DNA from: Verrucomicrobiales bacterium
Lineage (GTDB): Bacteria; Verrucomicrobiota; Verrucomicrobiia; Verrucomicrobiales; V1-33
Direction of reading: 5' to 3'
Length of the DNA stretch: 45,058 nucleotides
Assembly: GCA_031411295.1 (NCBI GenBank)
Contig: JANOAV010000155.1
Coordinates: 1-45,058, forward strand
Shown: positions 1-8,949 of the stretch, piece after piece
How positions within the stretch are numbered: position 1 is the first letter of the stretch
Layout: every line of letters begins with the position of its first letter
Position numbers and translations under genes: made by a program
The notes under the pieces: model-generated
Seen by the model: the letters and a program-made list of their open reading frames with translations, nothing else
What the model was told of the DNA's origin: nothing
Database searches by the model: none

Positions 1-3
1 CGA

Positions 4-194
4 TAGCGATACCCCCGGTATCCCAACGAAATGACCGCATCCCGGCAGGGATGCCAGAATACGATCGTGCCAAGCCATTTCCTCTCATATTGCTGATCTG
101 GCATCCCTGCCCGGATGCGATTCTTTTGGGACTCTAACCGGGGGTATCGCTACCGCTCAACCCCCGGCTAATTTCTGTGATCCCTCCGGGATCA
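4..194. repeat. REP-like palindromic repeat cluster
   Basis: Arm 4-58 (tagcgatacccccggt...gcatcccggcagggatgccaga) is an imperfect inverted repeat of 97-152. Further local hairpins: ccgggggt..acccccgg and tgatccc tcc gggatca. Confidence 0.75.
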
Positions 195-366
195 CCTCAG
201 CTTGAACGCAACTTGGAATAAGTGCACTGCCCGGCATGCCAATGCCGAGATTGGAATGTCACGCTACGGTGGCTTTAAGATTCGATTTAAGATTAAATCT
301 TCCCAAGGCGGAGAAATTACGCCACAGTTTGCGGATTAAATTTCCCGACCAGCCAATCTGCCAACC

Positions 367-2352
367 ATGTCCTATCTGAATTCTGCAACCGAACCCGATC
401 CTCTCGAAATCGCACCTCAGCCAGAGGTCGATTTCTCGCTGCTCTCCCCAGAAGAAAAAGATCGGCATTGGTTCCGCAATGTTTATCAAGGCGACCACCA
501 GCCGCAATTGACATGGCGGGCGGTGTTGACCGGTGGCGTGCTGGGAATGTTTCTGTCGCTGTCGAATCTTTACACCACTTTGAAACTCGGCTGGGCGTTT
601 GGCGTGGCCATCACGGCCTCGGTCATGGCATTTGTGCTTTGGCGCGGCTTGCGAGTCATCAGCGGCGGCAGGTTATCCCAGATGAGCCTGTTGGAAACCA
701 ATTGCTTGCAGAGCACCGCATCGGCCGCGGGATATTCGACCGGGGGCACCGTGGGTTCCGCTTTGGCAGCGTTGTATTTGGTGAACCATACCCACGAGCA
801 AGTTTGGGTCGTGGTGGGGTTCGTGTTTCTGACAGCCGTGTTAGGCGTGTTCCTGGCCATTCCCATGAAGCGCCAAATGATTAATCACGAGCAACTCCCG
901 TTTCCCAGTGGTATTGCTGCCGCAGAAACGCTGCGCAGCCTGTATTCGGAAGGAAAGGAAGCCATGCAGAAAGCCTGGACGCTGTTGTTGGGAATGGGAG
1001 TGGGTTTGCTGGTGGGGATTTCCAAAGGGTTCGATACCATGCGCTCCTCGCTCAAAGAAGGCAGTTTCTTCCAAATGTTGTCTGAGAAGGCTCATAGCTT
1101 CTATTTGGCGATGCCGGAGATGCTGTCCTTTCCCCGGATGGCCCTGCCGGGCGCTGTGGGTGGAGCCAAACTTAACGGATTTGGTTTCGAGCCGGGTATC
1201 ATGATGATTGGTGCAGGTATGATCATGGGACTGCGGGTCTCGCTCTCCATGCTGGCTGGCTCGGTGGTGCTCTATTGTTTCCTCACTCCCTGGCTGGTGG
1301 AACATGATGTAGCCTCAGCCGCAGCGGACTATCATCAAGCCATGTGGAAGCCGGGGGCGGAAGTCATCACGCCATTCCGCTGGGGCGTCTGGACCGGCAC
1401 TGCGCTGATGGTCTTCAGCAGCCTAACCGGATTGGCCCTGCAATGGAAGACCGTAGCCAAGGCGTTCTCCATTTTCAAAAAGAAAAGCCACGCGCCCACA
1501 GATGAAGATCTGCGGATGGCAGCCATCGAGGTGCCGGGTAAATGGCTGCTGCTGGGCTTGATCCCAACCACGATTGGCCTCATGGCGCTGATGTTCTGCG
1601 CCTGGAAGATCAATCCGCTGCTGGCCTTGGTGTCAGTGGGGCTAAGTTTCGTGCTCTCGTTAGTGGCAAGTCGCGCCACCGGGGAGACCGATACCACGCC
1701 CATCGGGGCGATGGGAAAGGTGACGCAGTTGCTATTTGCCGCGTTGTCCCCAGCAAATAAAGTGATCAATCTCACCACGGCTGGCACCACTTCCGCCGCG
1801 GCCGGGAGCTGTGCTGATTTGCTGACGGATTTGAAGAGTGGCTATCTGCTGGGGGCCAATCCGCGGCGGCAATTCCTGGCCCAGTTTGCAGGGATTTTCT
1901 TTGGGGTGGTGGCCATCGTCCCCGCTTGATTTTTGCTGATTCAAAAGCCAGCCGATTTGGAGAAATTCGCCCTGCCTGCCGCGCAGAGTTGGAAGGCCAT
2001 GGCGGACCTGTTGGAGAGTGGGCCGCAGAATTTGAACTTTGGGGCACTCCAGGGAATCATCATTGGATCGCTCTTAGGTATTCTCCTGCCCATTCTGGAA
2101 ATGTTTTTCCCCAAAGCCCGCAGATTCATGCCTTCGGCCATGGGACTGGGACTTGGCTTTGTGGTTTCCTTCGCCAATAGTTTTTCCTTCACCATCGGTG
2201 CGGTGATCGCGTGGATCTGGAGCAAGCGCAACGAGCAGCAGGCCAGTCGCTTCAACGTGCCCTTGGCTTCCGGTTTCGTGGCGGGCGAGGGATTGATCGG
2301 AGCATTGGTAGCGATCCTGATGGCCGTGCTGGGGCTGATTGGCAAAGGTTAG
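367..2352 (+). pseudogene. OPT-family oligopeptide/metal-chelate transporter interrupted by one in-frame TGA at 1927-1929
   Basis: ORFs 367-1929 and 1933-2352 share a frame (CCC GCT TGA TTT TTG). OPT motifs: QLTWRAV, YTTLKLGW, LPFPSG.AAAE, GETD.TP.GAMGK, DLKSGYLLGANPRRQF, ASG..AGE. Confidence 0.85.
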
Positions 2353-2384
2353 CCGTAGCCTGACATCCCAATGCCGCGATTTTT

Positions 2385-2510
2385 GTAGGGTGAGCGCCCT
2401 CGCTCACCGCACCGTAAAGGGAGCGCCCCCGCTCCCAGTTCAGAATAGCTAATCACTGGGGACGAGGGCGTCCCCGAAACAAATATTGGGAGCGGGGGCG
2501 CTCCCCCTAC
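2385..2510. repeat. GTAG-type REP cluster
   Basis: GTAGG...CCTAC termini, internal hairpin ggtgagcg ccct cgctcacc, and the inverted pair gggagcgcccccgctccca / tgggagcgggggcgctccc. Confidence 0.75.
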
Positions 2511-2570
2511 GCTGTTTAGCTATCAAACACGGCCTAGACACCAACTTTGAAACAACAAAGTTGAGCTATA

Positions 2571-2690
2571 GACGAAAGCTCACCATCTGCAGAAGGAAAC
2601 TCGCCATCTGCTGATGACAACGTGCCGTCTGCTGACGGAAGCCCCCTATCTGCTGACGCCAGCTCATCGTCGGTGACGGAAGGCTTTTGT
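2571..2690. repeat. Degenerate 21-bp tandem repeat, about 5-6 units
   Basis: Units: gacgaaagctcaccatctgca / gaaggaaactcgccatctgct / gatgacaacgtgccgtctgct / gacggaagccccctatctgct / gacgccagctcatcgtcggt. Confidence 0.7.
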
Positions 2691-2902
2691 CACCCACCGC
2701 AGCCCTTAAGCTAATCCACAGAAACCGCTCATCCTGAAAAGGTTACACCGAAATAAGCGAAAATCCCTCCCCCCCACTTCGGACCAGCTCGCCCTCCACC
2801 CCCTGCCTCAATATTTCCGGCACCGCCCCGAAAAGAAAAGCCCCGGAAAACTTGTCTTCCTTCACTCGCGATCTACTCTACGCTCGCCATTCAAATCCCA
2901 CC

Positions 2903-3001
2903 ATGCCGCCCGCAAAATTCAAAGACGACCTCCCCGACGACGCCCCGACTTCGGTGCTTCGGGAGGACGCCATAGAATCCGGCTTCATCGGCACCCTCCA
3001 G
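2903..3001 (+). pseudogene. hsdR: N-terminal fragment of a type I restriction subunit R
   Basis: MPPAKFKDD...[15 protein letters not shown] resembles HsdR N-termini (E..IE.gFI..Lq.lkY) but breaks off after about 33 codons. Confidence 0.45.
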
Positions 3002-3070
3002 CGCGGCAGAATGAGAAAGGAAGACGGTCTTCCACTTCCTCATTCATCATTCCTACTTCCCTCTTTCCCC

Positions 3071-3349
3071 GGCCCCGAGCACGCTGACACCTCCCGCCAC
3101 GACCTCCATCCCGACCTCCGCGCCGATTACGTCCTCGCCAACCCGCCCGCCAACGACTCCTACTGGTTCCGCAAGGACGACGACGTCCGCTGGCAACCTA
3201 ACGGAGCCAGATGGACTACCAAAGGCAACCCGCAGGGTGAGCGCGGGGGCGTTCATCAATTCTGCGTCCCGCCCAAGGGCAACGCCAACTTCGCCTGGGT
3301 GCAGCACTTCATCCACCACCTCGCACCGCAAGGGATGGCCGGCTTCGTC
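3071..3349 (+). pseudogene. hsdM: Internal fragment of a type I R-M methyltransferase (N6-adenine), with catalytic NPPF changed to NPPA
   Basis: [25 protein letters not shown](A)ND...KDDDVRWQ[insert][29 protein letters not shown] matches HsdM motif IV and the region downstream of it. Confidence 0.9.
3197..3257 (+). mobile_element. 61-bp mini insertion element inside the hsdM relic, with AA duplicated
   Basis: Splits RWQ|F(G/C)VPPKG. AA occurs at 3195-3196 and 3258-3259. Ends resemble the reverse complement of 8631-8712. Confidence 0.65.
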
Positions 3350-6016
3350 ATTACCGCTTGCCTGCTGTGGTCTCTTTTCAGCGCAACGGCTTGCGGCGCG
3401 AGTGATCGCGCCGCATTTTTTGAAATGAACTGCACTGACTGCCACGATGCGACGGAGAAGAAGGGCAACCTCGATCTGACGGCGTTGAAGCCGAAATTCT
3501 CCGATGCGGAGACCTTCGCGATGTGGGTGAAGGTGCATGACCGCATCGAGAGCGGGGAGATGCCGCCGAAGAAAAAGCCGCGTCCGCCGGTGAAGGAGAC
3601 GGCGGGTGTGACGAAGTGGCTGCGCGATTCGCTCGTCGAGGCGGAGAATGCGCGGCGAAAGGACGGACGCAGCACGCTGCGGCGGCTGAATCGCACGGAA
3701 TACGAAAACACGCTGCGCGATTTGCTCGGGCTGCCTGCACTCGATGTGCGCGACCTTTTGCCGGAGGACGGGCGAGTGTTGGGCTACGACAAGGCCGGGC
3801 GGGCGCTGGATTTTTCCACGGTGCAAATCGCCAAGTATCTCGACGCCGCGAGCAAGGCGCTGCCGCTGGCCATCGCACCCTACCCGGAGCTCGATGAGGC
3901 GAAGACGGTGCGGCTCTACGCAGGTGATGATGGCGGCATCATGGATGGAATCATCAATGGCGATGGCGTGTGTCTGAAGGAATTTAAATACGACGCCGAC
4001 GTTTTCCCGCTCTTGGTGCCGAGCGGGCATGTGCCGGGTGGGAGCGGGTTCGGGTTTTTCGATCAGCTTCAAAAGGAAGGCAAAATTCCCTATCGCGGCG
4101 CCATTGGGTTCATGCGCAATGGCGACGACTCGCAGCCGGATTTTGGCCTCATGTCGCCGGTGGTGCCGGGCTTTTACAAAGTCCGCGTTTCGTTGTGGGG
4201 ATTTCGCTGGGACAAAAACGAGGTGAAGCTCACGACTCCGCAAATTGGGCGGCTGATGGTGAATGGGCGGCACTCCGGTTCGAAGGAGGTGATTGTCGGT
4301 TACTTCGACGCGCCTTCGCTGAAACCAGCGGTGAGCGAGTCGGTGGCTTGGCTGAATCCCGGTGACAGCTTGAAATTCCAGCCCATCTCCGTCGAGCACG
4401 ACTGGCAGGGCATCCCGCGCAACAAGCTCGCAACCTCCACTGGCGACGGCGTGGCGGTGGACTGGCTGGAGGTCGAGGGGCCGCTCGTGGAGTCGTGGCC
4501 CGGTGTGGGGCATCGGCGCTTGTTTGGCGATCTGCCGCTGGTGAAATTTACAGCTGCGCAACCTCCGCCGCGTCGCCCGATGGGCCAGTTTCGCGGCGGC
4601 CCGCAGCCGTTCGTGCTCACGCCAAAGCATCAGCAGGCGTGGACCGTCGCCTCGGCGGACCCGGCGGCGGATGCGGAGAAATTGCTCACCAGCTTTTTGC
4701 CGCTCGCCTTCCGCCGCGCCGTGGAGCGCGAGGAAGTGCAAGCGTTCGCCGCCGTCGCGCACGCGCGGCTCGCGGAAAAGGCGACGTTCGAGGAAGCGAT
4801 GCTCGCCGCCTATCAAGCCGCGCTCTGCTCGCCGGAATTTCTTTTTCACCGCGAGACGCCGGGCCGGCTCGATGACTTCGCGCTCGCCAGCCGCCTCTCT
4901 TATTTCCTGTGGGCCTCGATGCCCGACGACGAACTCCTCGCGCTCGCCGCCGCGAAAAAACTCGGCGAACCCAAAGTCCTCCGTGCGCAGACCGAGCGGA
5001 TGCTCGCCGACGCGAAAGCCGCGCGATTCATCACCGATTTCACCGACCAGAGGCTCGACCTGCGGCTCGTAGACGACAACACCCCGCACTCGAAGCTCTA
5101 TCCCGAATTCAGCCCGCTGCTGCGTGACTCTATGGTGGGCGAGACGCGTGCGTTTTTCCGCGAGCTGCTCACACGCGATTTGCCCGCGGCAAACATCGTC
5201 CACTCCGACTTCGCGATGCTCGACCAAACGCTCGCGCGCTTCTACGGCGGGTTCGACGTGGAGGACTTCACCATCCCGCAGGAGAAGCCGCAGCCGAAGC
5301 AACCGCGCGATACGCTGCCGCGCCCCGTGGAGGGCGATGTCACGGGCACCGCCTTTCGCCGCGTGGCGCTGCCAGCGGATTCGCAGCGCGGCGGCTTCCT
5401 CACACAGGCCGCGATTTTGAAAGTCACGGCCAACGGCACCACGACCTCGCCCGTGCGGCGTGGCGCGTGGGTGCAGCGCAAAATCGTCGGCCAACCGCCG
5501 GACCCGCCGCCGCCCAACATCCCCGCCATCGAGCCGGACACGCGCGGCCTCACGACCCTCCGCGCGATTCTCGAAAAGCACCGCGCCGATGTTTCGTGCG
5601 CCGGATGCCACGCAAAAATGGACCCGCCCGGATTCGCGCTGGAGAGCTACGACGCCATCGGCGGGTTCCGCCCGCGCTTTCGCTCGCTGGAAAAAGGCGA
5701 CCGCATCACAAGGCCGCCCGCGTGCGCCGGTCGCAGCGAGTTTCTCCTCGGCCTGCCCGTGGATGCGAGCGGAGAACTCGCCGACGGTCGCGCCTTCAAA
5801 GACATCCGCGAATTCAAACAACTGCTGCTCGCCGACGAGCCGCAAATCGCGCGCAACTTCGCCAGCCAGCTCATCGTCTATGCAACCGGCGCACCCGTCA
5901 CCTTTGCCGACCGCGCCGCCATCGAGCGCATCCTCGCCGAAACCGCCGCGACCAAACACGGCATCCGCTCGCTGCTGCACGCCGTGGTGCAGAGCGAACT
6001 GTTCCGGAACAAGTGA
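3335..6016 (+). CDS. DUF1592-family (PSCyt/PSD; DUF1587/1595/1592/1588/1585) secreted c-type cytochrome protein
   Basis: Signal-like [22 protein letters not shown], heme motifs CTDCH and CAGCH, plus [46 protein letters not shown] and [14 protein letters not shown]. The start is inferred; the frame is open back to 2852. Confidence 0.9.
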   Translation: MAGFVITACLLWSLFSATACGASDRAAFFEMNCTDCHDATEKKGNLDLTALKPKFSDAETFAMWVKVHDRIESGEMPPKKKPRPPVKETAGVTKWLRDSLVEAENARRKDGRSTLRRLNRTEYENTLRDLLGLPALDVRDLLPEDGRVLGYDKAGRALDFSTVQIAKYLDAASKALPLAIAPYPELDEAKTVRLYAGDDGGIMDGIINGDGVCLKEFKYDADVFPLLVPSGHVPGGSGFGFFDQLQKEGKIPYRGAIGFMRNGDDSQPDFGLMSPVVPGFYKVRVSLWGFRWDKNEVKLTTPQIGRLMVNGRHSGSKEVIVGYFDAPSLKPAVSESVAWLNPGDSLKFQPISVEHDWQGIPRNKLATSTGDGVAVDWLEVEGPLVESWPGVGHRRLFGDLPLVKFTAAQPPPRRPMGQFRGGPQPFVLTPKHQQAWTVASADPAADAEKLLTSFLPLAFRRAVEREEVQAFAAVAHARLAEKATFEEAMLAAYQAALCSPEFLFHRETPGRLDDFALASRLSYFLWASMPDDELLALAAAKKLGEPKVLRAQTERMLADAKAARFITDFTDQRLDLRLVDDNTPHSKLYPEFSPLLRDSMVGETRAFFRELLTRDLPAANIVHSDFAMLDQTLARFYGGFDVEDFTIPQEKPQPKQPRDTLPRPVEGDVTGTAFRRVALPADSQRGGFLTQAAILKVTANGTTTSPVRRGAWVQRKIVGQPPDPPPPNIPAIEPDTRGLTTLRAILEKHRADVSCAGCHAKMDPPGFALESYDAIGGFRPRFRSLEKGDRITRPPACAGRSEFLLGLPVDASGELADGRAFKDIREFKQLLLADEPQIARNFASQLIVYATGAPVTFADRAAIERILAETAATKHGIRSLLHAVVQSELFRNK

Positions 6017-6095
6017 ATCTGACCGTCAATTCCCAACGTAGCTGCACGACGTGGATACCCAATTTTTTCGCCCCAATATTTCGACCAAACGAACA

Positions 6096-7220
6096 ATGAT
6101 CTCAAATTGCCTTATCGCCATGATGTTAGTTTCGCTATGCGCAATCAGGGTCCACGCTGCGGAAGGGAATGATGCGCCTCGCTCTGCGGTCATCGCGGCA
6201 CTGACAAAGAACAAAGTTAGTGTGGGTGGCCTTTCCATGGAACCCAGCATGGGTGGACCGGCAATAAGCTTGGGGACGGGCCTAAACGGGGCAGAGTCGA
6301 ACAACTGTAACGACGAGAATCTTGCATTGGTAGCGCAGCTTCCAGAACTAGAATGCCTTTTTTTATACAAAGGCACCTTTACCAAGGCTGGCCTGAGCAA
6401 ACTTGCGGCCCTGCCGAAACTGAGGCAACTGCAAATTTATGCTCCCAACCAAGTCGGCCCGGAGGTCTTCGCCGCGCTTGCGGAACTCAAGACATTAAGC
6501 ACCCTGAACTTTGGCGATTACCTGGTGACCGACGAAATGCTCGGACACATGAGCACCATTCGCGGTCTGAAGTCGCTGGAAATTACCAAGGCGGAGAAAG
6601 TTTCCCCGGCAGCCATGGTGCTCTTCCTGGCTACCGTGGGTGACATGGAGAACCTGCTCTTGGGAGGCGACTGCATTGACGACGAGGGTTTGAAACTTTT
6701 GGGCACGAAAAAGAACTTGAAACGATTGATGCTGTATAGCCGGAAGATTACTTCCAGTGCTTGGAGCGCTGTGGCTGGTCTGACAAAGATGCAGTGGTTT
6801 GATGTGCGCGGAACCAGTTTCGACGATGCAGGGATGCGGGCGCTGGAAGGAATGATCGACCTTAAGTTTCTTATACTTGGTAAGACCCGGATCACGGATG
6901 TGGGTATGACCTCACTTGCGGGGCTGACAAAACTCACGGACTTGGGGCTGGATGGAACCAAAATCACCGATGCGGGAATGGAAAATTTGAAACTACTTAC
7001 CGAACTCGGAAATCTTTTTGTCGGTGAGACCCCGGTCAGTGCGAAGGGCTTGGCGATCGTTCCCCGCAAAGATCGTATGGTGATGATGAGAGCAGGACAA
7101 CAACCTCTTTCACCAAGGCAGTTCAACGAACTGGCGGCGTTGTTCCCAAACACGCAGATTTTCGATCCGGCTGGCTACTGGACACCGGAACGAGTCGCGA
7201 AGGCCCGCGAGGAACTATAG
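6096..7220 (+). CDS. Secreted leucine-rich-repeat protein
   Basis: Signal peptide MISNCLIAMMLVSLCAIRVHA and repeated L..L..L..L.L.gT.ITD.G units. Confidence 0.9.
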   Translation: MISNCLIAMMLVSLCAIRVHAAEGNDAPRSAVIAALTKNKVSVGGLSMEPSMGGPAISLGTGLNGAESNNCNDENLALVAQLPELECLFLYKGTFTKAGLSKLAALPKLRQLQIYAPNQVGPEVFAALAELKTLSTLNFGDYLVTDEMLGHMSTIRGLKSLEITKAEKVSPAAMVLFLATVGDMENLLLGGDCIDDEGLKLLGTKKNLKRLMLYSRKITSSAWSAVAGLTKMQWFDVRGTSFDDAGMRALEGMIDLKFLILGKTRITDVGMTSLAGLTKLTDLGLDGTKITDAGMENLKLLTELGNLFVGETPVSAKGLAIVPRKDRMVMMRAGQQPLSPRQFNELAALFPNTQIFDPAGYWTPERVAKAREEL

Positions 7221-7263
7221 TCAGACGGGCCCAGCGGTAGCAAGAAATGAACACCCTAACACC

Positions 7264-8568
7264 ATGACTCACATTGCCAATACACCACTTTCCCGACGCA
7301 CCTTTCTGCGCGGCGCGGGCGTCGCCCTTGCGCTGCCGATGCTTGATGCGATGCAGCCGCTCTTTGGCAGCGCTGCGCGTGCGGCGGAGGCGGAGTCTGC
7401 CGTGCCACGGCGGTTGCTCGCCATCGAGACGAACCAGGGACTGCTCCCGAAAAACTTTTTTCCGCAGCAGGCGGGGCGGGACTACGAGCTGTCACCGTAT
7501 TTGAAAATGCTCGCAGCGCATCGCGACGATTTCACCGTCTTCTCCGGGGTGTCGCATCCAGGCGTGGATGGCGGGCACGACGCGGAGCGATGCTTCCTCA
7601 CCGGCGCGCCGCATCCGAGCGCGGGCGGATTTCGCAACAGCATCTCGCTCGACCAATTCGCCGCCGAGCGCATCGGCACGAAGACGCGCTTTCCGTCGCT
7701 GAGCGTTCGCGTCGGGCCGCACTCGCTGGGGCTGTCGTTCTCGCGCAACGGCGTGATGATTCCGCCAGAGACCAGCCCGTCCGCAATTTACCGCCGCATG
7801 TTTGTGCAGGGGAATCCGCAGCAAATCGCGACGCGGCTCGACGACCTGCGCCGTGGCCGCAGCCTGCTCGATTTCGTGAATGGCCGCGCGCAGCTCATGC
7901 AGCGCAGCCTCGGCGCGGGCGACCGCGAGCGGGTGGATCAGTATTTCACCGCCGTGCGCGATTTGGAAAAGCAGTTCCACGAATCCGCCGCGTGGGAGCA
8001 GCGCCCGAAACCAACGACCACCGTGCCAGAACCGCGCGACATTGATTTGAAGGACAGCTCGGTGCTCATCGAGCAAATCCAGCAGATGTATGACGTGCTG
8101 CGCCTCGCGCTGGAGAGCGATAGCACGAGGCTCATTACGCTATTCCTGAGCTTCACGGGGGCGCCTTTGAAGCTGCCGGGCGTCACGCAGGACACGCACA
8201 ATCTCACGCACCACGGCGGCAGCCCCGAGGCTCTCGCGCAACTCGAAATCATCGAGCGCGCCGGGCTGGCAAAATTCAGCGGACTACTCACCGGCTTGAA
8301 GACCGCGCAGGAACAAGGAGCGCCGCTCCTCGACCGCACGATGGTTCTTTTCGGCAGTGTGATGGGCGACGCGAATACGCACAACAACGCGAACCTCCCT
8401 GTCCTCCTCGCCGGCGGCAGCTTCAAACACGGCCAGCACCTCGTTTTCGATAAAACGAACAACACGCCGCTGGCGAATCTCTACGTCTTGATGCTCCAGC
8501 GGCTCGGAATTGCCGCAGACAAGTTTTCATCGGGCACCTCGACGATTCGAGGTCTGGAAATGGCGTGA
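7264..8568 (+). CDS. DUF1552 (HXXSHH-type) Tat-exported protein, the usual partner of DUF1592
   Basis: Tat motif SRRTFLRG, then GVALALPMLDAM, SISLDQ.AA, HNLTHH and H...NLP.LLAGG.FKHGQH. Confidence 0.92.
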   Translation: MTHIANTPLSRRTFLRGAGVALALPMLDAMQPLFGSAARAAEAESAVPRRLLAIETNQGLLPKNFFPQQAGRDYELSPYLKMLAAHRDDFTVFSGVSHPGVDGGHDAERCFLTGAPHPSAGGFRNSISLDQFAAERIGTKTRFPSLSVRVGPHSLGLSFSRNGVMIPPETSPSAIYRRMFVQGNPQQIATRLDDLRRGRSLLDFVNGRAQLMQRSLGAGDRERVDQYFTAVRDLEKQFHESAAWEQRPKPTTTVPEPRDIDLKDSSVLIEQIQQMYDVLRLALESDSTRLITLFLSFTGAPLKLPGVTQDTHNLTHHGGSPEALAQLEIIERAGLAKFSGLLTGLKTAQEQGAPLLDRTMVLFGSVMGDANTHNNANLPVLLAGGSFKHGQHLVFDKTNNTPLANLYVLMLQRLGIAADKFSSGTSTIRGLEMA

Positions 8569-8575
8569 TGAACCC

Positions 8576-8854
8576 CAGCGCGCCGTCGCCAACAAGGCCA
8601 CGGTGCCGATCTATTACGAGAGCCGCATTTGACTCCCTCACGGCCCCGCTCGGTCGGGCTTAGCCCAACGCGTTGCGTTGTCTAACTCAGTCGCCCCACT
8701 CGGCTCCTTCGGTTCCAAGCTCAGCCTGAACGCCGCCGAGCTGACGAAGAAGGAAAAGCTCAAGACGAAGTGGGCCGCGCTGGAGGCGATGGACGGCAAG
8801 GCGATGATCGTTTGCATGAGCCGCCGCATCTGCGTGGATCTCTACGATGCGCTG
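8576..8854 (+). pseudogene. hsdR: Internal fragment of a type I restriction subunit R with an insertion and apparent internal deletions
   Basis: QRAVANKATVPIYYESRI*[84-nt insert][47 protein letters not shown], all in one frame. IYYESR and [14 protein letters not shown] are HsdR helicase-region motifs. Confidence 0.88.
8631..8712 (-). mobile_element. 82-bp mini insertion element inside the hsdR relic, with TT duplicated
   Basis: Removing it restores ...CGC ATT TCC AAG (RISK). TT occurs at 8629-8630 and 8713-8714. The reverse complement begins ccgaaggagcc and ends gagcggggccgtgagggagtc. Confidence 0.7.
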
Positions 8855-8949
8855 AGCTACGCAGCACAACATTCCAATGTCGCGTCTGCATCCGCAGTCA
8901 GGTGGGGTTGCAGGATTGCCAAGCGTGAACGTGTCCGTTACAGCGGGGC

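Noticed and set aside
1927..1929. Alternative genetic code or selenocysteine
   Set aside because: TGA terminates many other genes (e.g. 6016, 8568, 15316), Trp is encoded by TGG elsewhere, and the position lies in a TM helix where Trp, not Cys, is expected.
3053..5980. 975-aa ORF on the minus strand
   Set aside because: Antisense shadow of the GC-rich DUF1592 gene. It has no motifs, and the plus strand carries a clear family signature.
2852..6016. A functional 1054-aa DNA methyltransferase-cytochrome fusion
   Set aside because: The methyltransferase part is only ~70 residues, lacks the SAM-binding motif, and has NPPA instead of NPPF. It is treated as a relic plus a separate secreted protein.
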